A DNA stretch of 62,850 nucleotides, counting the filler, from Rhabdomonas costata (Eukaryota): the NCBI GenBank assembly GCA_019059605.1. It is 52 parts of 52 records of this genome, joined end to end, with 100 filler letters (N's around TTAATTAATTAA, not from the genome) between each part and the next. Parts side by side here need not be neighbours in the genome. Positions count along the whole stretch, not along the records: positions 48,431 to 49,540 come from JAHMHO010028099.1; positions 49,641 to 50,750 come from JAHMHO010028100.1; positions 50,851 to 51,960 come from JAHMHO010028101.1; positions 52,061 to 53,169 come from JAHMHO010028102.1; positions 53,270 to 54,379 come from JAHMHO010028103.1; positions 54,480 to 55,589 come from JAHMHO010028104.1; positions 55,690 to 56,799 come from JAHMHO010028105.1; positions 56,900 to 58,010 come from JAHMHO010028106.1; 44 more parts are not named here. The stretch is one strand, 5' to 3'. Position numbers and translations under genes: made by a program. This document shows positions 49,425-62,097 of the stretch, piece by piece (the stretch's first letter is position 1; each line of letters opens with the position of its first letter). The notes below the pieces were generated by a model that made no database searches, had not been told where the DNA came from, and worked only from the letters and a program-made list of their open reading frames with translations.

Positions 49425-52319
49425 TTTGCACTGCTGCGTTCTTGCTTTTGGGTTGCTCACTGCTGAAAGAATTTCTTAGGGAGGACTGTTTCTTGGGTTC
49501 CAAGAGGGGCTCTAGGCTGTGAGTCAAAGCAAGATCCGGANNNNNNNNNNNNNNNNNNNNNNNNNNNNNNNNNNNNNNNNNNNNTTAATTAATTAANNNN
49601 NNNNNNNNNNNNNNNNNNNNNNNNNNNNNNNNNNNNNNNNTCGTTGTGCCGCCGTAGCTTCGCTGGGAGCGGTGCAGTGCCACGGGGAAAGCCCGTCCGG
49701 CGACGCTCCATGGGAGGGAGGGCGGCGAGGGTGGTGGGCAGCTGAGCCAGCGCGGTGGGGAGCGCGGTCCCTGTGGCTCTCGGAGAAGGCTCGCCGGCGA
49801 GCAGGGGCCCTTCAGAACGACACCAGAAGCAAACACACACCATAAAATACATTGACTCGACGCCCCCAAAAGCGAACACATACACTCAGAGATGCTAACG
49901 TGCATTGCATTAATGCATAACGCTCCATTGGCCATCTTGACAACGTAACACGTAAAGCAGAACAGCATCGAACTTAAAGGACTCGCGAGGGGAACATTGG
50001 GGGCAGCATACGGGTAACCCGATTCCAGAGAGATGCCAGTTCATTGTGAATTGACAGAATGCTTGTACTATGCAGTGTGCAGACTGCCCGGAGCCAGAGT
50101 GGGGAACTTTGCGAATGACAAGTACGCGTTTATCAGCGTTTATCAGGCATTCTACCTTGGATGAGCGGAGACCGCATTCCAGATAGGCCGGAAAAGGGAA
50201 AAGACTTGCTTTCCAAGCACCTTCGTACGTGGAACACCACTTGAGGATCTAGAGGTACCGTGGCAGAATTACACAGCATCTGTTTCCCTCTATAGGTTTT
50301 GTAGCTCACAGTCGCTATTGTGCGCGAGTACGTCGTTTTCCCAGCGTGTGTGGGGTGTTTCCACGGCATTGTGTGGGTGCGTATTCCAGACGAAATAGGT
50401 TATGTTGCTTGTGACACCTACCAGGATGCCTGTGATGACCACGCGCTTTCCTTTGCAGGGATGGGCCTGTACACGCGGAATAACACCATGAGCGACGCCT
50501 TCGTCGACCTAGCAGCTGCAGCAGGTCTTCAGTGTCGCACGAGCGTTGGGCTTCCTGGCACCAATCTGGCACCCCCCGACCTCTTCCTCCCCTCGCAAAG
50601 GAACTTTGTAGAACTTTGCAGAATATTTTTTTGGTAGTTGTCGGACGAACAGTTGAGTTGAGTTGCTTTGTTGCTGTGTGTTGTTACCTTTTGAAAGGAG
50701 CAGCAGGACTTAAGCTATTGTGCTCCTTTCAAAAGGTAACAACACACACANNNNNNNNNNNNNNNNNNNNNNNNNNNNNNNNNNNNNNNNNNNNTTAATT
50801 AATTAANNNNNNNNNNNNNNNNNNNNNNNNNNNNNNNNNNNNNNNNNNNNATTCGTTTTTTCCTCCGCACAAATCTGTTGCTCAATGTTCGGGCGTCATT
50901 TTAAAATGCTGGTCTTATTGCCACGTTTGATTTTTTGCATCGTCTTAACCACCCAAATATCTCCACAATACGTCCCCTTTGTGGTGATCTGCGCCGGGTA
51001 AGCGGATTTGCCACGCAATGTGCTTCTGGATTTTACGTTTTACTTGCACCATTTGTGTGCTGATTTTTTAGGCCCGCGTTTTGTTTTGAAACTTTTCTTG
51101 ACGTGTTGTGGCTTTTCTCGTGCCAGCGCCTTGGCGCGCGCGCCAGTAACCATGCAATGGAGGCACCGTGTAAGAATGAGATAACCGCTGGATGGGTAAC
51201 GGAGTTGGGAAGAGTATGGGAGAAAACAAACCACTACCACTCGACTTATATTGTTTTGCGTTAAGATGTGGTCAGAAATCCGGTGCTTGCAGTATTACTA
51301 GCATCATGGTGGGCAATTTGAATTGTAATTGAAGTGGAATATGAGAAAAATAAGAGAATATAAACAGAAAAACGTTTCATCCATTGAATTGATGTCAATA
51401 AGATAAATAATGGGAGGGGCACAGCCTCAAAACCATGACTCTGTGTGATTGATTAGGTCAAAAATTTCTTAATATCAAAATTCAGTGTAACAAATTCAAA
51501 CCACTTCCACACAATTAGCACTTACATTCGTTGGTGACCATGCCTACAACTGCTCAATTCTTACGGCAAAGGACCATGGATCATACTTGAAGTTTACACA
51601 CCAAAGTTGCAAAAAGTAAGCAAAAGCTTGCAGTCCTGTCAACAAAGGTGATGAAAAAGATGAAATTACATATTATCTTCTTCAAAAGATCAATTCATTG
51701 ATAGAACAGATACTGCTATGCACAGGCGGCCGTCCAGCTTTTAGCAAAGTGTGGACTTCACTACTCTTTCTTTAAAAGTCCATTCAGAATCAAAACACCA
51801 GCTTTTGAAGCAAAACTACACCTGTGTATTGCTATATAGGCTCTTTTGTTACCTTTAATAATAGAGCCGGTAATAATAGATCCAAAATAGTGCATCCAAT
51901 TTATTTCATCATGTATACTGTATACAGATTACACCCCCACCCCCAAACACACCCATCACTNNNNNNNNNNNNNNNNNNNNNNNNNNNNNNNNNNNNNNNN
52001 NNNNTTAATTAATTAANNNNNNNNNNNNNNNNNNNNNNNNNNNNNNNNNNNNNNNNNNNNGGATTTGGGGGCAAAGCTTCTGCAAATGAGTGGAGTGTGA
52101 GATGCACGTGTGGATCTGGGAGGCTGTTCTGGGCAAATGTGTGGTTTAAGTGGGGACTCACACGTTCTGGGTTTTGGAGTGGTTCCGCTTGGCGGGTCTC
52201 GCAGGTTATGCCTTTCCCCGATCTCCACTCAAAGCGAAGGATATGGAAGAGAGCGGTCTGTGTGGGCGACCCAGGTGGGAGCCAGCGTGGGGGAGTAAAG
52301 TTGAAATCTGGCAGGGATG

Positions 52320-52720
52320 GCGGGTAAATGGCGCTGGACGTCGAGGGATTGTCGGACAGACTGGGCAGAGGACAAGCGCCACAGTGGGTGAGTTGTTATG
52401 GGGGGGTACCAAACTGCACCAATATGGCGGCACCGCCGCGGTGCGAGGAATGCCATGTGCAGTCGGGAGAAAATCTGCGGTGCATGTTGAAGGAGACCGC
52501 GGATAGCATTGACTTGTGCTTGAGTAGGAATTCGAGCCAGTGGCAGAGAAACGGTGCCTCGTGGCGCCAGCTGAGGGTGCGGTTGCGCGCGTCTGCGTGA
52601 AGTCTGAGACGATGAGGTCACAGCGTCGCTGGAGTGAGACCTACGGTCTCACTGAATCGGAGGATATAGTTGAAGGCAACGAGGAGGAGGCCATACAGGA
52701 ACGGGGGACATTGAATGTGT
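52320..52720 (-). mobile_element. Decayed tyrosine recombinase (DIRS/Ngaro/VIPER-like YR element or Crypton)
   Basis: AFNYILRFSETVGL (first catalytic Arg box, about 52645-52677), TWHSSHRGGAAILVQFG (decayed HxxR box), GRLSSAQSVRQSLD (decayed GRW.S....Y box), in the correct order across frameshifts. Confidence 0.7.
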
Positions 52721-53015
52721 GGAGGTTATGAGGAAAGAGGTTCTCAATGGATAACCAAGTGCTGTGTGGCGGTGGGACATCCTGGTGATGACGGAAACCG
52801 CGAACCATCAGGACAGGGAGAGAGCGTGAGAATGATGGAGTCTCGAAGATGCGAAGGTGAGAGCCGCCAGAAGACTGTGCGCGTGTGGGGTTGGAGCAAT
52901 AGGTAAGTTATATGGTGGTAAACATGTGAACGTGTCGGCTAGGAGAAATCTGCGTAGCATTACCGGATAAACGGCGACAAACAGGATGAATATTTGCGCC
53001 AATTGGAAGAGGCGA

Positions 53016-53164
53016 GGTGGAATATGAGCAGTGCTGCTGGTGTGGTTGGGTGGAGCGGTTCTGGTGAGTGTACCGGATAACTGTGAGCCAGGTACTGAGT
53101 GAGCTGGTGAACTCACCAGAACCGCTCCACCCAACCACACCAGCAGCACTGCTCATATTCCACC
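53016..53164. repeat. Perfect fold-back at contig end (54-bp arms), probably an artefact
   Basis: 53016-53069 is the reverse complement of 53111-53164. Confidence 0.9.
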
Positions 53165-54721
53165 CAACCNNNNNNNNNNNNNNNNNNNNNNNNNNNNNNN
53201 NNNNNNNNNNNNNTTAATTAATTAANNNNNNNNNNNNNNNNNNNNNNNNNNNNNNNNNNNNNNNNNNNNTGTGTTGGTTGAAAATATGTTCTCAGGCGCG
53301 AATTTTGCCTGGTTACACTAAAATAGAGGCTGCATCTCCATGGTATTCCTGGGGCTGTGGCGTCAACTGAAATCCAAAAATCCTTTGACACACATGAGAA
53401 TGCAACAGAACGAGCACGAAGGAAAAACACAAGTGACCGCATCACGGCTTTCAGCATCGGAGAGTTTGTCTTAGCGTCGCTGGACAACCACAACTGAGAA
53501 TCCGGGAAAGACAGGATGTATGAAAATAAAACGCAGAAGAAAGGATAGAGTAAACAGATGGCAGAAACCACTCGTCTGCAGGTAACAGCAAAAGCATGCA
53601 AGCAACGTGTGATCAAAGAACACGCCCACATACACGCATGCGGTATAAACGTCCACATTCGTGGAGTTCCACGGCCATCACAGCGGTATCAGCATGCACC
53701 ATAGGCCCCAAACAGAAATTAAAACCAAAGCCGATGGCCGAAATCGTGCTTAATCACGCGAATTCCCTGCCGCCTGATGAGGCGGGTAAAGGTCTTTGGA
53801 ACTCTTGGTTATGCCACTTTAGAATGTTGTTTTTCGGCCCCCACCACGAACCCACGACCGCACACAAAATCCGGACTCCCGGGGGGGGGGAGGAGGGGGG
53901 ACTGGCAAATCCTAACAAGAACGCACACGGGACCTGGCTATCAACAGGGAACGTACACGCGCTGGGCCCGCATACGGAGGCGATGCGCACACGCTCTGGG
54001 AGACCGCCTGATTTTAGGCGTTGCGCTGGGAGGGCTCTGCTCAACAATAAAATGGCACATTATCGCCCATCTGGCTTGCTGGCAGTGGGACCCCCGAACG
54101 TTTCGTGATGTCCAAAAGTTAGGATAATTAGGAGTTGCTCTTTAATTTCCTTCGACTTTACCACACTCAGAAAAGAACACTTGTAGCCTTATGTTGCAGC
54201 CAACCAAGTCAGGGATAAAGCTTGATAGCCGGAAGCTGGGCGAAGTGAATTTCCAATGTCCACCATTCCCAGGCACTTTCAGTGATTGCACCGAGTAACC
54301 ACAGACAGTGCCAAACAAAAAGCAGCAAGACATCCGCGCTCTCGCGGAATTTCTGAAAAAAAAACGGAAAAAAAAGACGNNNNNNNNNNNNNNNNNNNNN
54401 NNNNNNNNNNNNNNNNNNNNNNNTTAATTAATTAANNNNNNNNNNNNNNNNNNNNNNNNNNNNNNNNNNNNNNNNNNNNGGTGGTGGGTTCCAGAATATG
54501 GACAGAACTCAGCGAATCAAGCCAAAGTCAGAGAGGGGGGAAATTCATCTTGCATTTGCAAGTGGGAAAAGAGAGCTGTTGCGCCCCTCGGTTGGTGTGT
54601 TGCAAGCAAGACCCCGTGCTCTGCGTTGAGTTGAGTGTGTTGTTCCTGTTCCAGGTGATTTTGTCTCTTGGGCAGCGCAAAAAGAGCTTGTGTGTATTGG
54701 TTGGGGCTGAGCTGAATTAAA

Positions 54722-55216
54722 ATGTCGGGAGAAAGTGCGCCACAAACGCCAGAGGCGTTCCAGACTTTCTTGTTGCATGCAGCTTCGCTGTTTCGGCAGC
54801 TTGAAGCGCAGCAGAAGTCGAATCAATTGGCAGACAGTCTGGTGCAGAAATTAAGAGTTACAGGTGGGCTGCCGTCTGGTTCGAGTGGAGGAGTTGAAGA
54901 GACAGCGGCAGTGCCCGTCACAGTCGTGCCAGGCCCGTCAGAGGCAGTGGCAGGAGCTTTGCTGAAGCTTCAAGAAAAAGATCCGGAGTTTCCAAGGTAC
55001 GACGGTAATGCAGCTAACGTTCTTTCGTGGTTAGTTGCAGTGGAAGAATTGAAAGATTTTCGGATAGTGCCGGATCAAGTTGCAATTGTGTATGCGACGG
55101 GAGCTTTGGGCTCGTTTGCAAGGGGAATCATTGCCCCAAATCAGCGATTGGGTAGACTTCTCGAGTATACTGAGAAAAGATTTTGTCCGTCGACGTGGAA
55201 CTACAACATTGTATGA
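54722..55216 (+). mobile_element. LTR retrotransposon (Ty3/Gypsy) gag relic
   Basis: ATG-initiated ORF with PEFPRYDG...VLSWL..VEE...AIVYATGALGSFAR...EKRFCP, typical of retrotransposon capsid; truncated. Confidence 0.7.
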
Positions 55217-56532
55217 AGGCTGGAAAACTTGAAAATGAAATTATATCATGTGCTACCACGTGCAAGTGACAGCAAAACAAGCTTCACGACACCAAAATCT
55301 ACCACTCTGCTACAATGTGTCAGATGACACGGCGGGCTCGAACAAAATACGTGACTCATGCGACTTCCACGCGTCGCCGTACTGGAACACTCCTAAGTCC
55401 TCCCTATCAACGTGCGTCGGATGGATCCTGATCTGGTGAAATCACGTGGTGAAATCTAATTTATTGAACCACGTTAAGTTCCACGCCATGTCAATCATCA
55501 CGTCCATCCTTGGCAACGTATACGAACCCGTCACAGTGATTGCTTTTAGCGGGCGATATTCGTTATGAACTAGCACACACCACACCCACNNNNNNNNNNN
55601 NNNNNNNNNNNNNNNNNNNNNNNNNNNNNNNNNTTAATTAATTAANNNNNNNNNNNNNNNNNNNNNNNNNNNNNNNNNNNNNNNNNNNNGGTTTTGTTTG
55701 ACGGCAGGAAGTACCATTACTTCGCTGTGGGAGAAACCGTGGCGAGAAACCGGGCGGTCACAGGAAGGTTTCCAAGGGACTTTCGCGACAAGGAGGTCTG
55801 CCGTCAAACAAGACTGATCTTACCAATTTTCACACCCTTTTCACCGTGTCCTCATCATGCGTGCACATTTTCCCTTCTAAGCGTTTTTTTTTTTGCGCCT
55901 GTTGCATTTTCTCTTGGATTTCGTCATTTTTGTCTCAACGTGATCTCCCTGGGGTTGAACTTCTTATTACTTGGCCCTACGGTTATCCATTTCCTTGACA
56001 TGGTAACTGAGTGAGCAAGAGGAACAGTTATAGTTCAGCGGCCCACCGGCTGGTGTGGATAATATTCGGAGCTTAGCCAGTGAAACGTCCTTTTCCCTCC
56101 CAGCAAGCTCAGGACCTCGAACACAACCGAAGCGCGTTGAACTCTCCACCCATTCAAGGTGGAGCGCCAACTGAACCAGTAATAGGTACAATGGGTGCTA
56201 CCCCCGAGGGGCGGCAGCACTGCTTCGCTCTCTCCTTTGTTTTCTGCCTTCTGGCTGCGCCATGAAAGACAGACACACTCCCGCGATGCCCAGCGGGTCA
56301 CTTCTCTAAAACTTTGTACACTTTCATCCCACCCCGTCGCACAGGCACATCGAAATGCAACTCCGCCCAACTGCACATACCTCAGCAGGCGGGAGGGCGG
56401 GTGGAACCTCTCAGGTGCCATTTTTTCTTCGAGACGGACAAACGCAGAGGTTCAGTTGAGTTTGAAAACACGAAAGTCTGCATCAACGATTGTAACATCT
56501 TTCCTCAGTCGTCGCGGGCGAGGCATCCGTAC

Positions 56533-56683
56533 CGAGCTTCCCCAGGCTGAGCTGCCTGGGGTGCCGCACCAGGGCGTACAGCAGGGCCTGGCACACATTG
56601 CGGAACAATGGGCCCTCCACGGGCAGGTCTGCCTCGGACACGGCCCACTGCGCAAGCTCATCCAGAAAGCAACCCATGAGGTT
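56533..56683 (-). CDS. Internal exon, weakly RRN3-like
   Basis: GATTCAG|NLMGCFLDELAQWAV...EGPLFRNVCQALLYALVRHPRQL...|GTACGG; recalls the RRN3 'F.S.CQA..Y.F.FR...L' motif. Confidence 0.4.
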
Positions 56684-57058
56684 CTGAATCCGTGTGCGCG
56701 CAGGGTGAAGGTATAAGCCATCGTGCGAGAACGACGGAAAGGCAGGAAACGCTCGGATGTGTGCACATTTCAGCAGTGGCTGGGCATGCCAAAACCCCCN
56801 NNNNNNNNNNNNNNNNNNNNNNNNNNNNNNNNNNNNNNNNNNNTTAATTAATTAANNNNNNNNNNNNNNNNNNNNNNNNNNNNNNNNNNNNNNNNNNNNT
56901 GTTGTTGGTAGGTCTTTTCTACGTTCTTGCGCGCAGGATTTCGTCTGCTGCTGGGCGGAGATTTCCAGAATGGTTCCACGGCCCATTAGTCCCACAAACA
57001 AGGTGCATCCCACCTCAAGATGCAACTGCAGGTGCGTTGTGCATATGAGCGCCAGTAC

Positions 57059-57744
57059 CGGTGCTTCTGGACGAGATTGAAGATCCCTTGCACGAAGTCC
57101 GTCGCGAAGCCCGTCTTCTTCTTGGCGTGCGCGATCAGCCCAAACCGCCGGCCGTAGTGGTAGACGTACTCCTCGAAGGTCTTCGGGTGGTGCACTGGGA
57201 GCATGGCCTCGCCGTGCTTGATGATGTCCGTGGTGAACCGCTCAACGTCACAAAAGTTCTGTGGCAAACGAAAGGAGCGAGTGGCGGAAAGTCTTCTGGC
57301 CAATATGGTGTACTAACTATACTTTCCTTCGGGGGGGGGGTAGAGGGGGGATCTCGCAACGGGAGCCAATAATTGAAAGCACGAAGTCCGTCGCCAAAAT
57401 GGCACCAGGTGTGTGTGTGTGTGTGTGTGGGCTTCCACGACTTCGGCAATGCCAAAAAAAACGACTATCTCCTGCTGACTCCTCAAAAACACGTGCACAC
57501 GCCCGCAGTAAACTTTTTGATGCTTGTGCACCACTGCGGGAACCCTACCTATGTATACATGTACCACCTATGTAGACATATTCGCGCTTCACCTGATCCG
57601 TTCTCTTCAAAACAGAGGCACAAGAACGGCCTGGAAAAGGAGGGAGAAGAATCGATTCAACGGAGAGTGCACCACCAACCTGCGTGCCAGACATGCTGAG
57701 CAGCGCATCCGCCATCCGGGGCCAGTCCTTGAGCACGATGGAGG
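57059..57744 (-). CDS. ABC1/ADCK (ADCK2-like) atypical kinase C-terminal fragment; exons 57744-57680 and 57258-57059
   Basis: SIVLKDWPRMADALLSMSGTQ|NFCDVERFTTDI...FVQGIFNLVQKHR with an in-frame GT-AG intron; resembles the post-kinase helical region of ABC1 proteins. Confidence 0.5.
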
Positions 57745-58110
57745 CTGGAACAAAAACGAAGGGGGTGGCAATTGGGGTATTCGAAGGGGGTGGCGATTGG
57801 GTGACAGAGAACTACATGGAAAGGGACGTACCCGAGATCAACGGATTCGAAAAAATCACGACAACAACCCAGCACACTATATAAAGATACCAAAAAAAAA
57901 CAAGGTTGGTCAAACCTTCCCTTTTGAGGAGAGGGCATCTCATAACATCGCAGAAAGACCAATCCCAAAATACTGGAGCTTTGGAGGTAGGGGGGAGGGC
58001 ACACACACCCNNNNNNNNNNNNNNNNNNNNNNNNNNNNNNNNNNNNNNNNNNNNTTAATTAATTAANNNNNNNNNNNNNNNNNNNNNNNNNNNNNNNNNN
58101 NNNNNNNNNN

Positions 58111-59221
58111 AAGCATGAACACAAGGGCATGAAACAGCAGGCAACATCGGAAGCACTCACACAGCAGTAGCAACAGGGAGCATGGTTGTAGGAATCGAGA
58201 CAGAGGTAGCCGTGGAGACAGAGCATGAGATCGGAACACGTGAAGCCATGGAGACAGCGCTAACAACAGAACCAGGACACACAACAAGCACGAAGGAGGC
58301 AGAAGGAACACACACGGAGGCAAGAGAGCATGGTTGGAGAGACGGAGACGGACACCCTTGAGACCCTGACACCATGAGACCGTGAGACCCTGAGACCTGG
58401 AGACCTTGACACCGTGACACCTTGAGACCATGAGACCGTGACACCCTGAGACCTGGAGACTGAGACTGAGACGAAGCATGAGAGCATGGTAGCAGTGAGC
58501 ATGGTTGAGACGGACGTACAGCAACAGAACCAACAGCACTAGCCCTGACAACGGAATCGCGAACACCAACACCCTCCGACCCTGACATCCTGACACCCTG
58601 ACAGCCTGACACCCGAACACCATGAGAGCATGACAACAAGCAACGCACTGACACCATGACCACCAACGCACCAACAACCAGTAACATAACACACACGTAT
58701 ACAGTAAGAGTAAGAGTAAGAGGTAAAGCTACGGATACGGATACGGATACGGCAAGGTTAAGAGAGAGCATGGTTACGGGAACAGACAGCAGCACCAACA
58801 GAGACAGCGTAACACCAAGCACTAGCAACACACTCCAAACCAACATCGACACACAGAGCCCTAAACCCACACCAACGCTACCCACAGGAATCACCAGCAT
58901 CGTACCATCAAGGTCAAGCGCACCAGGAACCACCACCACACCCTCAGAGCCAACAAGCACACCACCAACAAGCACACCAGGAGCACAAACACAGGATGCA
59001 CACAACAACGCTAGAAGCAGAGACAGAAACAGAGAGCAAGGTTGACGAAGACAGAGAGCATGGTTGCAGAAGCCTACAGCAAGCACAGCACACACCAACG
59101 CAACAGCCAGCACCAGACACCCTACAGCAACAGTGACACCAACAGAGCATGGTTGAGACGGACGTACAGCAACAGAACCAACAGCACTAGCCCTGACAAC
59201 GGAATCGCAAACACCAACACC
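58111..59221 (+). repeat. Complex A/C-skewed satellite-like tract: 8-bp ACCNTGA(G/C) array, recurring GAGCATGGTT motif, about 76-bp direct repeat
   Basis: About 13 octamer units at 58355-58458 and about 7 at 58579-58634; 58497-58572 matches 59146-59221 with 1 mismatch; (GTAAGA)3 and (ACGGAT)3. Confidence 0.9.
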
Positions 59222-59323
59222 NNNNNNNNNNNNNNNNNNNNNNNNNNNNNNNNNNNNNNNNNNNNTTAATTAATTAANNNNNNNNNNNNNNNNNNNNNNN
59301 NNNNNNNNNNNNNNNNNNNNNGG

Positions 59324-59520
59324 GCAATTTCGACAACGTCCGATGCTCGAGTGACATATTGAGGTTTTGACGAATGCTTGGATGACAACTGCACCACTGA
59401 CACCAGTTGCAGACGCAAGCCGTGAGCGCCGCAATGTGATCGCGATTGAGAGCAGTTGTCATCCAAGCATTCGTCAAAACCTCAATATGTCACTCGAGCA
59501 TCGGACGTTGTCGAAATTGC
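59324..59520. repeat. Perfect fold-back at contig start (69-bp arms), probably an artefact
   Basis: 59324-59392 is the reverse complement of 59452-59520. Confidence 0.9.
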
Positions 59521-59650
59521 TCCCAAACAATGGACTGCGCAATTGGAAGGTGAGTATAATGGCACAAGTAATCGAAAACCTGTGCATCGATCGCTCAGGA
59601 GACCCGAATCCACCGCGCATTGTGCACCTCTCCGCGGAGCAGCTCTTATG

Positions 59651-60431
59651 CTACCCGGAAAGCAGCCCGACGCTCCTCAGCCTACCCACGGCAGCGCTGC
59701 ACTGCTCACTGTGCCACAAAAAGGCAATTCCCGCGGAGACCTCCAGAGACCGGGTGTAATGCCACCACGTCGGAGGCAGGTACAGCACATCCCCGGCGAA
59801 CACCACGCCCTCCAGGAAGGGTGTATGCCGAAACTCTGGGAACTCCTCATCTCTCTCAGGATCATCCGCGGCCTCCACGTTGACCACTTGACTGGTATTG
59901 GAGAACACCACTGTGGGGTGAGGGTACAGTTTCCGTGAGTGCGCAGGGTCGTAAAGCCGCCAGTACTTGGAGCCCAGGACTTGGGAGTGGCAGTTGTGGA
60001 ACTTGTCCGCGTGAAGGTTGGAGCCCGTCCCGACCCCACCCCAGAAGACAACCCTGCGTACGGCCTGGCCTGGCGTGGGCACCGCGCAGAACTCTGGGTC
60101 TCGAACGTCGGCCTGCAGGTCGGGGATCTGCGTGAACAACTGGTGGACAAGGTACCACTCATGTCGCTCGTCCTTCGCACACTCATCACCGCTCGTCAAG
60201 GATTCCACAAAGTCAGAAAACCGAACCAGCTTCACCCCTGCGTTGGATGCCATGTAGTGTCGCCCTGTTTCCACAGGGACAGTGCGCATACCCGCAATGC
60301 TCCTCAGATAGTCCGAGTCCGACCATCTCTGCAAAGCAGGCCAACCCTTTGCTGCCCCTCGCAAGATCGCAGGTCGCTGCGAAGGAAAAACTTTGTCGCG
60401 AAACTCGCTCACAGTCAGGTTACCACACAAA
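59651..60431 (-). CDS. KDM8: JmjC-domain 2-oxoglutarate/Fe(II) hydroxylase, JMJD5/KDM8-like (5' truncated)
   Basis: WPALQRWS..YLR..AG.RTVPVE.G..Y; HQLF.QIP.L..D; LHAD..HN...QVLGSKY; NTSQV; GDVLYLPP.WWHY.RSL; HxD...H triad intact. Confidence 0.92.
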
Positions 60432-60973
60432 NNNNNNNNNNNNNNNNNNNNNNNNNNNNNNNNNNNNNNNNNNNNTTAATTAATTAANNNNNNNNNNNNN
60501 NNNNNNNNNNNNNNNNNNNNNNNNNNNNNNNGTGTTGGGGGGAAGGTCCCGAAGCTACTATCGGCACCCCGTTTTTGGGAGCATGCCTTGTTGTTTTAAA
60601 TGCAAGTTCTAATGGTAAGATGCTCGGGATTAAAGCCCAGGGGCTAGGTGCAGACTGCCGCTGTATGCCAAAATACTCCTGTCCCTCACCCTGCTTACTC
60701 TTTCGCGGTCGCAATGTTGACACAGACAGGCTCATAAGGCTCGTGGAAACGGCAGATTTCGCTTTCCAACTTTCCTAAATGGCTGTGTCTGCTTTCTTTT
60801 AGGGGACGGTGTCACGCAGTGGGGAGGATCGAAGCAATCTTTTTGCGGTTCATCAACTGTCAGACAAACAACGGACGCAGAGGTTTGCTGTTGACGTTTC
60901 AGTGTTTCCTTTGGTCCCCAGCAAGACTGTAGACCGTTTTGTGATGCTGTTGTGCTGCTTCTTGCTTGCGCAG

Positions 60974-61234
60974 AGTTCAGGAATGTCACCGAAGGCCAGG
61001 CGGGTGAGGAAAAAACAGCGTTTTCTGCATCTCAAGGGCATCGACGACAGTAATTCTGTTGAAATGGCACGGCAGCAGGAAAGCCAGGCATCACCTTTGT
61101 CCCGTAAACGAAAGTTGCATGCAAGAATTTTGGAGGATTTGAAGACGAATGCTCCCATTGAAGGTGAGGCGGTTAAGATAAAAGCGAGGCGAACCAGAAC
61201 GAGAGCCTCTTCTGCCCGCTCAGCTCCCAAGGAG
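60974..61234 (+). CDS. Possible internal exon of a basic (nuclear-like) protein
   Basis: CTTGCGCAG| 261-nt open frame with K/R clusters |GCAAGT; an alternative canonical donor G|GTGAGG lies near 61164. Confidence 0.4.
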
Positions 61235-62097
61235 GCAAGTGCTGTGTTTTTAGTTTGTTTTGATTCTGACCTTTTCTCATTGCGTTGCATTGAATTTTGA
61301 ACTATGATTTTTTTTGTTGGATTGGACCTCTGAACTTTGAGGTTTGTGCAACCTTGCTCTACGAAAATTGTGCTGCAACTCACAGGTTACATTTGAGCCA
61401 CTTCGGGAGAACTGCAACACTATTTCGGCCGATGAATTTCCCATGGATCTGGCCTCGGTGGCTCAGCAATTTGACGATCTTTTTCATGGTAGGAACTTGA
61501 GTTTGATTGTTCCCATTTTTTTGCTTGATATTTGTGACGTGTGTTACCATGCAAAAAAAAAAAGCGTAGACTGTGACCAACACCCGCTTCCCGCTTCCCG
61601 CTTTTGCCGCCTTTTTTTTTTTTGCATGGTAACACCCCCCNNNNNNNNNNNNNNNNNNNNNNNNNNNNNNNNNNNNNNNNNNNNTTAATTAATTAANNNN
61701 NNNNNNNNNNNNNNNNNNNNNNNNNNNNNNNNNNNNNNNNGTTGTGATTTTTCCCGACTTGCCTCGGTAAAATGTTCTTGCTTTTTTGCTGATTGCCTGC
61801 CCTGTTGAGGTGGATGTGTGTTTTGTTTCCGCAAAAAGGCAGTCCTTCTCGTGTGTGTGTGTGTGATGGGCAAGCGCAGAAGATGAGCCAGTTAGGTTCT
61901 CTGTGAATCTCCGCCCAATTAAAGAAGAAGGGGTGGTCCGGCTCCCCACCGGTCAGTGGTAAGGGTACCCCCTTCCTTTTTAAGGTTTGCTATGCTTCTC
62001 CCTCTTTCATGTTGGTGTGGCTGGAAGGCCACGAACGTTCTTTTGCGAGGCTCACCTTCGCATACGCACCCACACGTACACGCACGCAGCCCCGCAG

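Noticed and set aside
8478..55216. In-frame stops in TE-derived frames as an alternative genetic code
   Set aside because: Stops co-occur with frameshifts, while conserved host exons translate cleanly in the standard code and end in TGA or TAG.
58063..59113. Long hydrophobic minus-strand ORFs (318 aa, 209 aa) as membrane proteins
   Set aside because: By-products of low-complexity G/T-skewed repeats lacking stop codons.
58170..59160. GAGCATGGTT motif with spacers as a CRISPR array
   Set aside because: Motif too short, spacing highly irregular, spacers low-complexity, eukaryotic context, no cas genes.
59939..60487. Plus-strand ORFs antisense to real exons (also 3748-4579, 57061-57372, and minus 61990-62613)
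   Set aside because: Shadow ORFs caused by GC3-rich coding on the opposite strand.
1112..61740. Regularly spaced TTAATTAATTAA repeat as a CRISPR-like or biological array
   Set aside because: Always embedded in N runs with identical geometry; it is an artificial joiner.
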